64,000 nucleotides of DNA from Thalia democratica (taxonomy: Eukaryota): assembly GCA_965202585.1 (NCBI GenBank), contig OZ241828.1:42160001-42224000 (forward strand), written 5' to 3'. Made by a program: the position numbers and the translations under genes. Below are positions 11,995 to 23,900 of the stretch, piece by piece (positions within the stretch are counted from its first letter, which is position 1; the number at the start of each line of letters is the position of its first letter). Under the pieces are notes generated by a model. That model searched no databases and was not told the DNA's origin. It saw only the letters and a program-made list of their open reading frames with translations.

Positions 11995-14900
11995 GTCAGT
12001 CAAAATTTGATAAAATTGTATATATGTTATGACAGAAAATATATTAATCGAAATCACTAAACTTGTTTTTTATGTTTAAACATTTATATTAAATTTATCA
12101 AGTTTAACAAAGTTTATAAACTGTGAAAGTAAGCTAAGTTACATATTGTTTTAGCTAATGGACAAAAGTTTGATTTTTATTCTGTTGCCTAAAACACAAA
12201 AAAGGAGTAAAAAAATAATACGAGTTATCTTTCGCACGTTGCATGTGGTTGGTCTGATGGACCAGGTTGGCTACGGCGCGAAAAGTGTGAGTCAACACCC
12301 CTTTTGTTAATCCCTCTGTTTATATTACGTTGGCTACAGTGAGTTTCGGGGTTGATGACCTTGTTTAAAGTATGATGTATGTTCTCTTTAGAGAACATAC
12401 TATCCTTTTTGGTGGGCTTGGATCTGTTACTCATTGTGCTATACCAAGAGTTAAGTGTGGCCCACTAGTTTATTTTAAATTACTTAAAGTTGGTTTGTAA
12501 TTTACAGAGATTTATAAGAGTACAAGAAGCTGCTTGCTAATTTAATTAATTATCAACAACAAAGCTTATTTATTCAATTTTATGTAAAACCAAATTACAG
12601 ATAATTTCAATATAATTTTATTAACAGCAAAGTTTATTTATTCAATTTTATGCAAAACCAAAGTAAAACTAACTTCAATTTAATTTTATTAACAGCAAAG
12701 TTTATTTATTCAAATTTATGCAAAACCAAAGTAAAACTAACTTCAATTTAACTTTATTAGAAATATATATCAATTTAAGAGACAGAACTAAAAATAAGAG
12801 ATTAATAACAATACTCACAATTTAGCACATAGAAAAGTCAAGCTTGAGCTTCCACAACATCTAATTTTTATTTATAAGGCGGCAATTTAGAAAGTAAACA
12901 AATTAAAAAAACCCTAATTAGAGAAAACTCTTTTGTTGAATTTAATTTATAGCCAGAGGCGTTACATTTTCCCCTCTTATTAAATACTTTTAGAATTTTA
13001 ACTTGGTTTTTTTTAGAAAAACATTAGTTTTAAGGTGTTAAACGTTTGTTAAACTGAAAAAAACTTTAAATATAGTCAAGGTGAAAACCATTATACACAA
13101 GAGCACTCAACTTAGAAATATATAGGCATGCAACATAAGTTTATAACTTTCTTTTTGTAATTTACGTGTAATAATCAGAAATAATATTTTAAGAGATACT
13201 TAAGATCATCAACTTTATGTGCTAGAAGGTACTTGCATATAACATTATGAGCTAATTCAAAATCTGGATTTAAACACTTTACTAGCTATTTTTAAAGTCA
13301 AAACAAAACTATAAGTATTTAAATGTAGTAAATGCTTAAGACACTTTTTAAGTGTGGTAAAAATGTTTTTTTTAACAAAATAAAAAAGAAATTCTAAAGA
13401 AATTGTAATGAAACGACTTTTTAAATATAAATTTACAAATTCCTAATTACAATCATGAGTCAAAAATTTTTAAAAAGTCAATGTTTACCTTTCATGATGA
13501 TGGTTCCTTACTCTTCTACTGAAGGTTGAGGCTCGGCCTTTTCTTACTCGCCTTCTCCTCCTCTTCTCTGGTTGCTCCAGCTGCGGCCGCTCTTCTTGTA
13601 GTGGTTCCCCCGGAACTCTGGCGGGAAGTTTGGCTCCACTGACGTCCTTCTCCGCGAATTAATCGCTGGCGACCTGGCGTTGTTCACCATCGTCATCAAC
13701 GTCAACGGATTCGAGGGTCTGCTTGACATCATCAGCAGACGGGTTGGCATTGCCCCCATGGCATCCAAAGGTGTGCTGCCATGTATGCATTTCCAGACGA
13801 ATTGACATCAGAGAGTTTGGGAGCTCGTTTTTTGCATGAGGCGGAGATATGGTTTGATGGCGCATACATCTCCTGTCTAAACAGGTATAGGTATTTACAC
13901 CAAATCTCTGATGGTTTCTGCATATAATTTCATTGTTGTTAATGGCTGTCCATCGCTGTTGTGCTTGGGCTGGTCTGTTTTGATTTGAGCGCGGGGCATT
14001 GCTATAGTTTATATTTCTGGCTCGTCCCTTTGCCTCTTGCTCATTTGTGTCGAGCATTACTTTCCAAGCAATTTGAAAGTCTTTGTCTTTCAGATGAAGC
14101 TTCTCCCGTAAACGATTTTTCAAACAAGGAGGTGCTAAGTGTATTGTGAGAAATTTTGTTAATACACCTTCATTTCTGAACTCAGCTAACCAATGATTAA
14201 TCTCATCACCTAGTTCCCTACTTGACATGGAGTGCCTGTCAGTTCTTGCCAATAGCACGTTGCTTACTCGCGCTTGCCCACTCATTAGGAACTCTTTCAA
14301 CGTGTCGTAGTTCCTATCTTCTGGTTTATATCTGTGGTAGTAGCTCTCTCTCTCTTTCCAGGTCACTAATGTTTCAAGCAGCCTGTAAAGATCTTGATCC
14401 GATCGAATGTCATAATCGTTGGCGATCTTCTCAAAGTGTTTTAGCTTTATTTTTAACTGCTCTGTATCGCGCTTTAAATATCCAATTTGACTGACAAGAT
14501 CGCCCTTTTTCTGCATTAGTTTATACAGCTGGCTTGTTGTTGTGCAGGGCGTACTGCCACCTATGTCTACTGTGACGTCATACCTACTATCTTCTGGCTG
14601 GGGTTGGCAGTCGTAAGACGGACTGCGAACACATGGTTCGAAGTTTTCTTTCACACCTGACCCTCCTTGCTCTACTGAAGGTCCTCTATAGTTCGGAGGA
14701 GAGCGACTGGTCACCTGGCTCCTTGGTAGGTCTTGAGCCTTTGAGGTGTGTGAAACCTGGTGGGGAACCTGGATTTGAGGATCCATGTATGTATTCTGTC
14801 TACCCTGAGTTGAGATGTCGTGATTTGTCCTTGTGGATGGATTTGGACTTCTCAATTCATGTAATTCTTCTTGTAATTTTCGAAACTCCTTGAAGTTTAG

Positions 14901-17900
14901 CCTGTCAAATTTGTTCCTTCAAATCTTTGATCCCCTGTACTATCTCCTCGGCACTCAGTTCTTTAGGTGGCACTTGAATAGGGGGTCTCCTGTTGTTTTG
15001 GAGGGAATAGTCCATGTTTAAGTTGTTAGGTTGGAGTTGTTGTTGGAATGGCATAGGTAAGGTTCTTGCTGGAGGAATGGAGCTGTTGCTAGGTGGTCCT
15101 GTCACCCTTGGTGGAGGCCCATAGTTGCTAGGTGTAGAATTTTGTTGGGGTGGGTAGCTTTGTCCTGGCAGACCACTTGGATTAGGCTGGTCTCTAGGTT
15201 GTTGATAACTGCCCATTGCTGCCAGGGGTTGTTCCTCCTCCTGGTTACCTCCTGACTGATCCCCCCCCCTGCGTTCATGTCAATCTCGGCACTGATTTCT
15301 ATACCCTGTGTCTCAATTAAAGCATGTTCAATGTTAGTTGGGTCACCATATCTTTCGCACGTTGCATGTGGTTGGTCTGATGGACCAGGTTGGCTACGGC
15401 GCGAAAAGTGTGAGTCAACACCCCTTTTGTTAATCCCTCTGTTTATATTACGTTGGCTACAGTGAGTTTCGGGGTTGATGACCTTGTTTAAAGTATGATG
15501 TATGTTCTCTTTAGAGAACATACTATCCTTTTTGGTGGGCTTGGATCTGTTACTCATTGTGCTATACCAAGAGTTAAGTGTGGCCCACTAGTTTATTTTA
15601 AATTACTTAAAGTTGGTTTGTAATTTACAGAGATTTATAAGAGTACAAGAAGCTGCTTGCTAATTCAATTATATATCAACAACAAAGCTTATTTATTCAA
15701 TTTTATGTAAAACCAAATTACAGATAATTTCAATATAATTTTATTAACAGCAAAGTTTATTTATTCAAATTTATGCAAAACCACAGTAAAACTAATTTCA
15801 ATTTAATTTTATTAACAGCAAAGTTTATTTATTCAAATTTATGCAAAACCAAAGTAAAACTAACTTCAATTTAATTTTATTAACAGCAAAGTTTATTTAT
15901 TCAAATTTATGCAAAACCAAAGTAAAATTAACTTCAATTTAACTTTATTAGAAATATATATCAATTTAAGAGACAGAACTAAAAATAAGAGATTAATAAC
16001 AATACTCACAATTTAGCACATAGAAAAGTCAAGCTTGAGCTGCCACAACATCTAATTTTTATTTATAAGGCGGCAATTTAGAAAGTAAACAAATTAAAAA
16101 AACCCTAATTAGAGAAAACTCTTTTGCTGAATTTAATTTATAGCCAGAGGTGTTACAGAGTGATTGCATTGTCCTTTATAAGATGACAAATAGACTATCT
16201 TACCATTGATTTTAAAGATAATTAGCAATATAGTTTTTTTAGTTAGAGTAAGCTGAACTGAAGCTTGTTTCTTTTTTAGCAGTTCATATGTTTTCCTTAC
16301 AGTTGTTTTCTCTGATATTATTTCATAGATACCCTGGAAAAATAAGTTGTAAGTTATAATGATTTTGATAGAAAGAAGTGGTTAAAATTTCACATACCTA
16401 GTTTTGAACACAAACATTTAGATAGTTATTTTAAACAAAGTTCTATGACAACAAGCGTGTTTTAAGCTCAAAAGTTTAACAGCAACAGTATTTTTTTTGA
16501 AATTTATCAAAACAGCTTTGTCTAAAAAATTACTATATGACGTTCGTTGAAAATATTTAAAGTTAAAAACTAAATTTTAGCAAACACAACAATGAATTGT
16601 GTAAACTTTTAAAGGTTCAACAAAATTAGAAATTTTCGACAATTGGAAATGGCTAGAAGAAAAACTTATGGAAACTTTGACTTCATTTGAAGCTGATAAT
16701 GATGTGACTGAATTTTTATGTGGAAAAATTGAAAGTCTAATTGCAAACAATAAAAAAGAAAAGGTTAGCCTATTTAATTTGTATAAGAAATAAATAATTT
16801 GTTTTTTTTCGGTTTTTAGGCTTAATTTATTATTATTTATTATTAATTTAAGTTTTTATACAATTTTTAAATTTAGTTTCTTACTAAAGTTCATATGTAG
16901 AGCATGTATGCAATCTGCTTAGAAACATTACTAAGCTATTAAAAAAAATCAAGTTAGTTATTTTAAAACAATAAACATTTTACTGAAACGAAGTAAAACT
17001 TTTTCAAATAATTAATTTATTATAATTTGTTGCATTTCCCAGTGCTATTTTATTTAAATGGTAATAATTATTTTATAAACGTAGCTTTGTTACACAAGTT
17101 TTCTGCAAATTAAAGCATAGTTTTATTTAGTAAAATTTTACAGTGATTGTATTAATATTATCACAGTTTTAAACTATTAAGAAGATTTTGTGCCAGTAAT
17201 TTACATTTCTGACATGTCCCAACATAGGTGGGTTAATCTTTTTTTTATTAAGACCATAAAATAAATAATAACACCTTTAATTGAATTTGACCACTTTAAA
17301 AAACTTAAAGCAACTTTTGAGATATAAGGGGTCAACGTTTGAGATTTTTATAGGTTCATTATAAAAGGCGCAAACTAAAAAGACAAAAAAAAAAAAAGAA
17401 AGAAGGCTACCTCAATAAAAATCTATCTTTTCTTACAATTTTTGAGTAATCCTTAAAAAACTTTTTAGTATAACCTTAATATAGTTTAGAAAATGTATTG
17501 GAAGAAATTTTAAAATGTTTAACCAAAAATAACTTATTCAGTTAGACCAAAAATATTGAACCCATTGGGCTCTTTATTACTTGCATTGGGGTTAAGGTTG
17601 CAGGAATAGAGAGATGTCTGAGAAAAAAAAAACTTGACTAAAAGTATGTATCTTTTCAAAAATGAACAAAAATATTTTGTTTTATCGTTTTTTTTAACAA
17701 ATTTTTATAAACTGGAAATGATTACTCGCTGAAAGTTTTAGATTTTTAAGCTTAAACAATAGAAAAAGGAGATAAGTTTTTAGTGACTTTTTTAGTTTCC
17801 AATAAAATTGACAATGAAAAAATTGCTGATCATAAATTTATTTTTGGGGCTTTTTACAAAAAGTATACATTTCATTTACTAATATATATTCCATACTTTA

Positions 17901-20900
17901 ATATTAACTTTTATTTATTTAAAAGTCAATATATTTTTGCATTGAAAATTATGCCCTAAGAATTTTTTTATATATTTTTTATAGGATGACAGTTATTGAC
18001 TGTGTTTGTTTTTAATAGATAACAATTAGTCATGAGGACAACAAGAAACTTCAAGATGCTAGTGTTAAGTTTCGCAGATTGTTTGAAATGCCAGCTGAGG
18101 AAAAGCTTGTTAATTATTATTCCTGTTCTTATTGGAAGAATCGAGTTCCACGGCAAGGATGGTTATACTTAAGCATTAATCATCTTTGCTTTTACTCATT
18201 TCTTTTGGGAAAAGAAGCGAAAGTTATAATAAGGTGTGAATTTAGAAGTGTGGTATCATTATACCAGATATTTATTTTTTTTTTTAAAATGTATTGTTTT
18301 ATAACTTTGCAAGAAAAAATTAGAGATAATACAACTTCTTTTTTAAATGATTCCCAATTTTAAATGCTTAAACTTAAATACTTGGTGTTTAGAACTGTTG
18401 AACACTAATTTTTAAAATCATTTCTAAAGACGTTATCAGAATAATGTGGTACGCTAAAATACAGTAGTTGATAGATTTAATCTCAAAGCAAAAGAATGTT
18501 AAACTTTTAAAATTTAAAACTCTGTTTTCTATAAGTTGTTTATATTTACTACAGATTGAAAAAGTTTAAAAACGAATGCTTAAAAATTTTAGAAGATGAT
18601 GAGTTTTATTAAAATGTTATTAGGAACCTATTGAACTCTCTAACTTTGATCGCTTGTATCTAAAAAGTTAATTTAAGTTTTAAAAAACGGTGAAAAAAAC
18701 TTGTATCTTAGACTACAATGAATAAAAATAAGTCTTACTTAAAAAATGTTGACTAACCCTTCCTACGCCATTACCTTTCATTTAAGTTTTCAAACTTTTA
18801 AAGTTCGAGTATTCTGAATTTTGTAAAAGCGTCAGTTTTTAGAAAAAAATATTTGGTTTTTGTTTATTTTGTCTTACTACTAATTTAGTGATGTGATGTA
18901 GATCTGTGCTCTTAAGTTTTACTTTTTTCTTTTGTTTTTTTCAACTTATTTTTCAGAAATGAAACACTACTACTTATTTTCAATATTTTTTGTACAAGGT
19001 TCGTTGAAAAATATAACGCTTAAAAATATTTATTTCAAAATATATTGTTATATGCCTTAATATACTAACTTATTTTATGGTATCTGTACTTTTGTCAAAA
19101 TATTTGTGTTTGTGATTAATATATGTCTTTTATTTGGGATGTGTAATCAATTAAAAAAAATATGGTTTCTTTTAATCTTAGCCAACTTTTCTACAAGCAT
19201 CCAATCAACTAGATGCGTAGGTAGATATGTTACGATATCTACTATATATTACTTAGATATTTTTTATTATAGCTATATCTTTATAAGCTTTACTGTTGGT
19301 AACTTTTATGGTTTACAGTTAATAAATCTAACTTGGTCAACATTTAAAAATTGTAAAATGTGTAGGTGGGCAGATGTCACCAAAATGGATAAAAATAATA
19401 CTTTACTCGTACCTGAAAGTATAAAGGTTTCTACAAGAGAAGGAAACTTTATGTTCTCTATGTTTATGAACATCAGCGAAACCCATGAGTTCATGGAACA
19501 ACTTGCTAACATGGCTATAAGAAAGTTACTGGACAGAGGAAATACTCAAGACGTAAATCTGATTACAAGTAAAGATATGAAGACTACAGAAAGCAAAAGT
19601 CGTGCGCGTAGGGGCAACAAAAAGGTAGTTAATTATACAATGAATAAAAAATATAAGTATAGCTGTTTTCATGTTTGTTGAAGTATTTAGTTTTTTTTGT
19701 AAAGGTGTTTATTAATTTAAAAAATAGCGGTAAAGCTATATAATTTAAGACATTTTATCAAAAATTGAACACGGTTTTATGAATTTTGTTAGTTATTCTT
19801 AAAAATTTGAATGTTTTGTTTTATACTTAAACCTTAAAGTAATAATTTAGTTTTTTGAAACTTTTTCTACTTGAACATATTTCATGTTAGTGAACTACCG
19901 AATGCGGCCCTTTTGCTAAGATCTTAATTTTAAAAGAAGACGTAAGTATTTATTTGTGTACCCTGTAGATAACTAATTTTTTTACCGTTTTTATTTTATA
20001 TACTGAGTAATAGTAATAATAAATAAATATGTTCAGAATTAAATCTACAGCTAGTAAGGCTAATTTTAAACGTGTAACTTTAATGCTGTTTTAGGTTGAT
20101 AAGTTTTTTTTTTCAGTTTATATTATCTAGTTTTTAGTAAAAAATAGTTTTGATTTATTATATGATAATTTTTTTATAGAGCTAACTAAAGTTGTTTGAT
20201 GCAACCTTTAAACATAGAATACTATGCATTAAATTTCAAAGACTTTCAAAGATTACAAAGATAATAGTATTGTCCTTTAAACTAAAATATAAACGAAAAA
20301 ATGTAAGCAGCGAATTGACATATATAGCTCTTGTACCTTACATGATATTTTAAAGTCATATGTATATTTAGATATTCGGTTATTAAAAGTTTAATGCAGT
20401 AGTTTAATACAAAATTCCATTGTAATTTTTCTTGTTGAAATGACTTTAAGTTTATGCTTGTTAGATAATAGTATTTTTAGCTGTAAATCTAAGGTCTAAC
20501 AACCTTTTCTAGGTTACATACAAAGTAAAAATTTTGATTTGTAATTCTAAGTTCAACCCATGAAAGTCCTCTAACGTTATCTTTAGTGTTTTTTATGTTA
20601 TTAAAGGAAAAATAGAAGTAAAACATTTATTAAAACTGCTAAAATTTAAAAAAATTATTTGAGAAGTTAAATAAAAACAAAGTTAGAGTAAAAAAATACA
20701 TTTTAATGTAACTCAATTATTTGCTCACGCTAGGTTTTTTATTTACTTTAAAGCTAATAGAAAAGTTTATATTTCTGTTGATAAACTCATGCGTTCAATT
20801 TGTGTCGAAGCTGCATTAAGTAACTAATAATTTAAGAGTTTGAAAGTTTTTACTTGAACTTTTTGCTAACTACCTAATAATAATAATATAAAAATAGCTT

Positions 20901-23900
20901 AATCACAATTAAATTTATATCATATTTAAAAACTTTGGTTATAATAATAGTTTAATAATTTGTTTTAAACATTTTTCTTATCTACAAAATAATTCGCGGG
21001 CCAGATAATTTTTAATTAATGGCCTGATCTTGCCCGAGGGCTGTATGTAGCTTACCTATGATATGCACGATATATATTCTTTTAATAATAAGTTTAAACT
21101 ATAGAATTTAATATAAATGATAATCTTTTTTAAACTAAAGCAAAAATCCGTAATTCGCCGAGACCTAGATGCAAAAGCAAGAAGTGAAAGGTTTCGGTTC
21201 AATTTTCGATTGCCAGTCAATGAAAAACTCGATGGTCACATTCAATGTACGTTATGGGCTGCTTTTGATAAAAAGATTGTGTGGGGAAATTTGTTTCTAT
21301 CTCACAACTTTGTTTGCTTCAGATCTACGTAAGTTGAAAAATATTTAGATTTGTTTTGTACAAAAATATCTTTGAAAGTTGAACTCAAACAAATAAAATA
21401 AGACATTTACTTAAATCTTTTGTAGTCTACTTAGACAAACTAAATGTTTAATGAGCTGGATTTTGACAGTTTAAGAAGTCGCTGCTTATGTAAATTTTAG
21501 TTAAAAAAAAAACAAGTTTTAAGTATACAAAATTTTAAACGAAATTTCATTAATTTAAATTAAATAAAAGTCTTACTGCTATTAATTGGGATTGCTAATA
21601 AATTTTTTAAATGTTACTTTAATGTTTTCGGTTTATTTTTACTTATAAAAACCTTTTTAAAAAATTTATTTTAATTTAAATTTTCTGTCATAGTTTTGAC
21701 TTCATGATGAACTAAGTGCGTGGTTTCTAAATAGAAAAATCAAATAACTTTATTTTTTTCCTTGCACTTATGATTTAATCTAGTATGTTTATTTATCTGT
21801 AGATTTAAAGTTAATATTTTAGACTAATATTTAGTAAAAAATGTCATGAAGTTAGGTCATTTAGTTTCAACATATAATGGAATTAACACGACGAATAACA
21901 ACAGCATTCGAGACAAGCTTCGACCGGTGACGTCTAGGATTTATCAGGCAGGCATAGTCGTAAGAAACCGCTGTCGTGATCTTATCAAGCAGGTTTAAGT
22001 ACAAAGTACCGAAGCGACCGTTTGTGAGTAAAGGACTGTGAATGATTTAGCTGTGTCAACTTTTTCAATTTTACTCACAAACAGTCGTTTCCGTACTTTG
22101 TACTTAAACCCTCTTGGTAAGATCATAACAGCGGTTTCTCGCAACTATGCCTGCCTGAAGAGCCATAGTAAGGACGAAACCGGTTGTAGGTTGTCTCGGA
22201 TGTTGCTGTTGGTCGTGTGAAGTTTATTATTTTTTGTTGATGGCGCAAACATCTCAACTTTGTTGATGATGACCAAATCGTTATTAGTTTCAATATATAA
22301 TGACAGTGCTGTAGAAAGTTTGCATTTAAACGAAGTCTTTTTATATCACATGACAATACTCTCTACTTTAACTAAACTTAATACAAACGTACTTACAAAG
22401 GAAAGGTATTAGCTTTAGTATGAGAAGCTTAGTACTAAGGCAATAAGTTGTTGAGCTTAAATATTGTGATTTAAAATATAAACAAGCGTTCTATTCTTTA
22501 ATAAAAGTATTAATTTTTAAACTAGTTTTGAGACACTTAACACTTAATAAATTACTTCAACTAATAATTAAAATAGTTTTTTTTTAATTTAAGTTTTGCT
22601 GTTTATAACGACTAGTATAAGTATTTAGAACAATAACTTATATAGACCTACAAAAAGCAACTGGTTTTCAGCTGAAAAATGGTTCAAAATATTTTACATA
22701 AAAGCAATTAGAGTAGGAATATCTCACCATTATCTAAAGGGCCACATTTAAAGCATAGCTATTTACGTTGGTTACAAAATATTATATTAATTTAGTTTTA
22801 TAGAAAAGTTCAATTTAGATTAATAGCAAACTAATAAAGTTTAAAAATATTATAAAGATGTTTTAAATTCTTTTAAAAATTATAGTTTATAAAAAATATT
22901 CAAACATTACTATTTATGTTTTTTTTAAAGAAAATAAGTTGTGGAAAATGTTAATTAATACCTAACTGCAAATGCTGACTATTTAAATCGCTGGCTACTA
23001 TGGCACCACATTATTTGAATCTTTAGGTTCCAATTTTTACAACTCTTTGATTATTTAAGTTCTAGTTTACTATTAATCTTACTACAAGAGCAACTAGGGA
23101 AAAAGTAACAAAATATTCAATATTATTCATTCAGGAAAAATTTTTAAGTTACTAAAACTAGTCTATTGAGTATAGATGTAAAAGTATATATGTAAAATAT
23201 AATCTTAGATATAATCAGACTATCAACTCATGCTTGACCACTAAACTTATTTTGATTTAAACTTACTAAGCTAATCAAATTCGTGTGTAAATTAAAGTTT
23301 CTAACAATTTTATACACTTAAGTGATTAAAGCATATTTTAAGGGCATAGGGGGGTCCACCTTGATTTTTACAATTTGATCTTATTTTATAGATTTTTATC
23401 TGAGCTATCAGACATTTTTAACTGTTTGAAAAATTCAAAGTAATTTTTAGATATTAGCAATTAAAGTCGATGACCTTAATGAGTTCTTAATGGAAAGAAG
23501 CAAACTAAAAGCGCGAAAAAAGACCATTTCATTAAAATTTTCACAGAAAGTGTATTATTAAATTTTAAAATGATTGAATACAGTATTTTTTTTTTATTTT
23601 GAAAAATAAAGTTTTAACTACCTATTTTTTGTTTTTTTAATATGAAATTTTTATTTTTTAATATTTTTAAAATTCCAACTTTGAAAGTCTTTTAAACTAC
23701 AAAAGGAACGTTTCCTAAAAGTTTGAGGTCTCTAGCTCTTAAAATGAAGGATAAGATAGATTTTTAGCGATTTTTTAAACTTCTGAAAAAATTGACCCCG
23801 AAAAATTTCCGGTCCATATCTTTGTATAAGTTTTTATAAAAATTACAATATCTCAAAAGTTAAATAATTTTTTTTAATTCTATAAAAACTGGCTTGTAGT

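Larger units (their letters stand above)
12226..16157 (-). mobile_element. Non-autonomous gag-only Ty3/gypsy LTR retrotransposon, CsRn1/Kabuki-like, antisense in TBC1D9 intron 1
   Basis: Near-identical LTRs 15349-16157 and 12226-12966; 4-bp TSD GAGT (12222-12225, 16158-16161); PBS TGGTGACCC; PPT AAGAGGGGAAAA; gag with C-x2-H-x9-C-x4-C motif followed by an A AAA AAC slippery site; no protease, RT or integrase motifs. Confidence 0.93.

Noticed and set aside
12555-12758. 68-bp repeats as a CRISPR-like array
   Set aside because: Head-to-tail units with no spacers, inside LTRs of a eukaryotic element.
15340-15348. tRNA gene fragment
   Set aside because: Only a 9-nt PBS complement; no cloverleaf or A/B boxes found anywhere in the window.
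13961-15465. Plus-strand ORFs 13961, 14222, 14633, 14833 and 15277
   Set aside because: Antisense shadows of the GC-richer gag region; no recognisable motifs.
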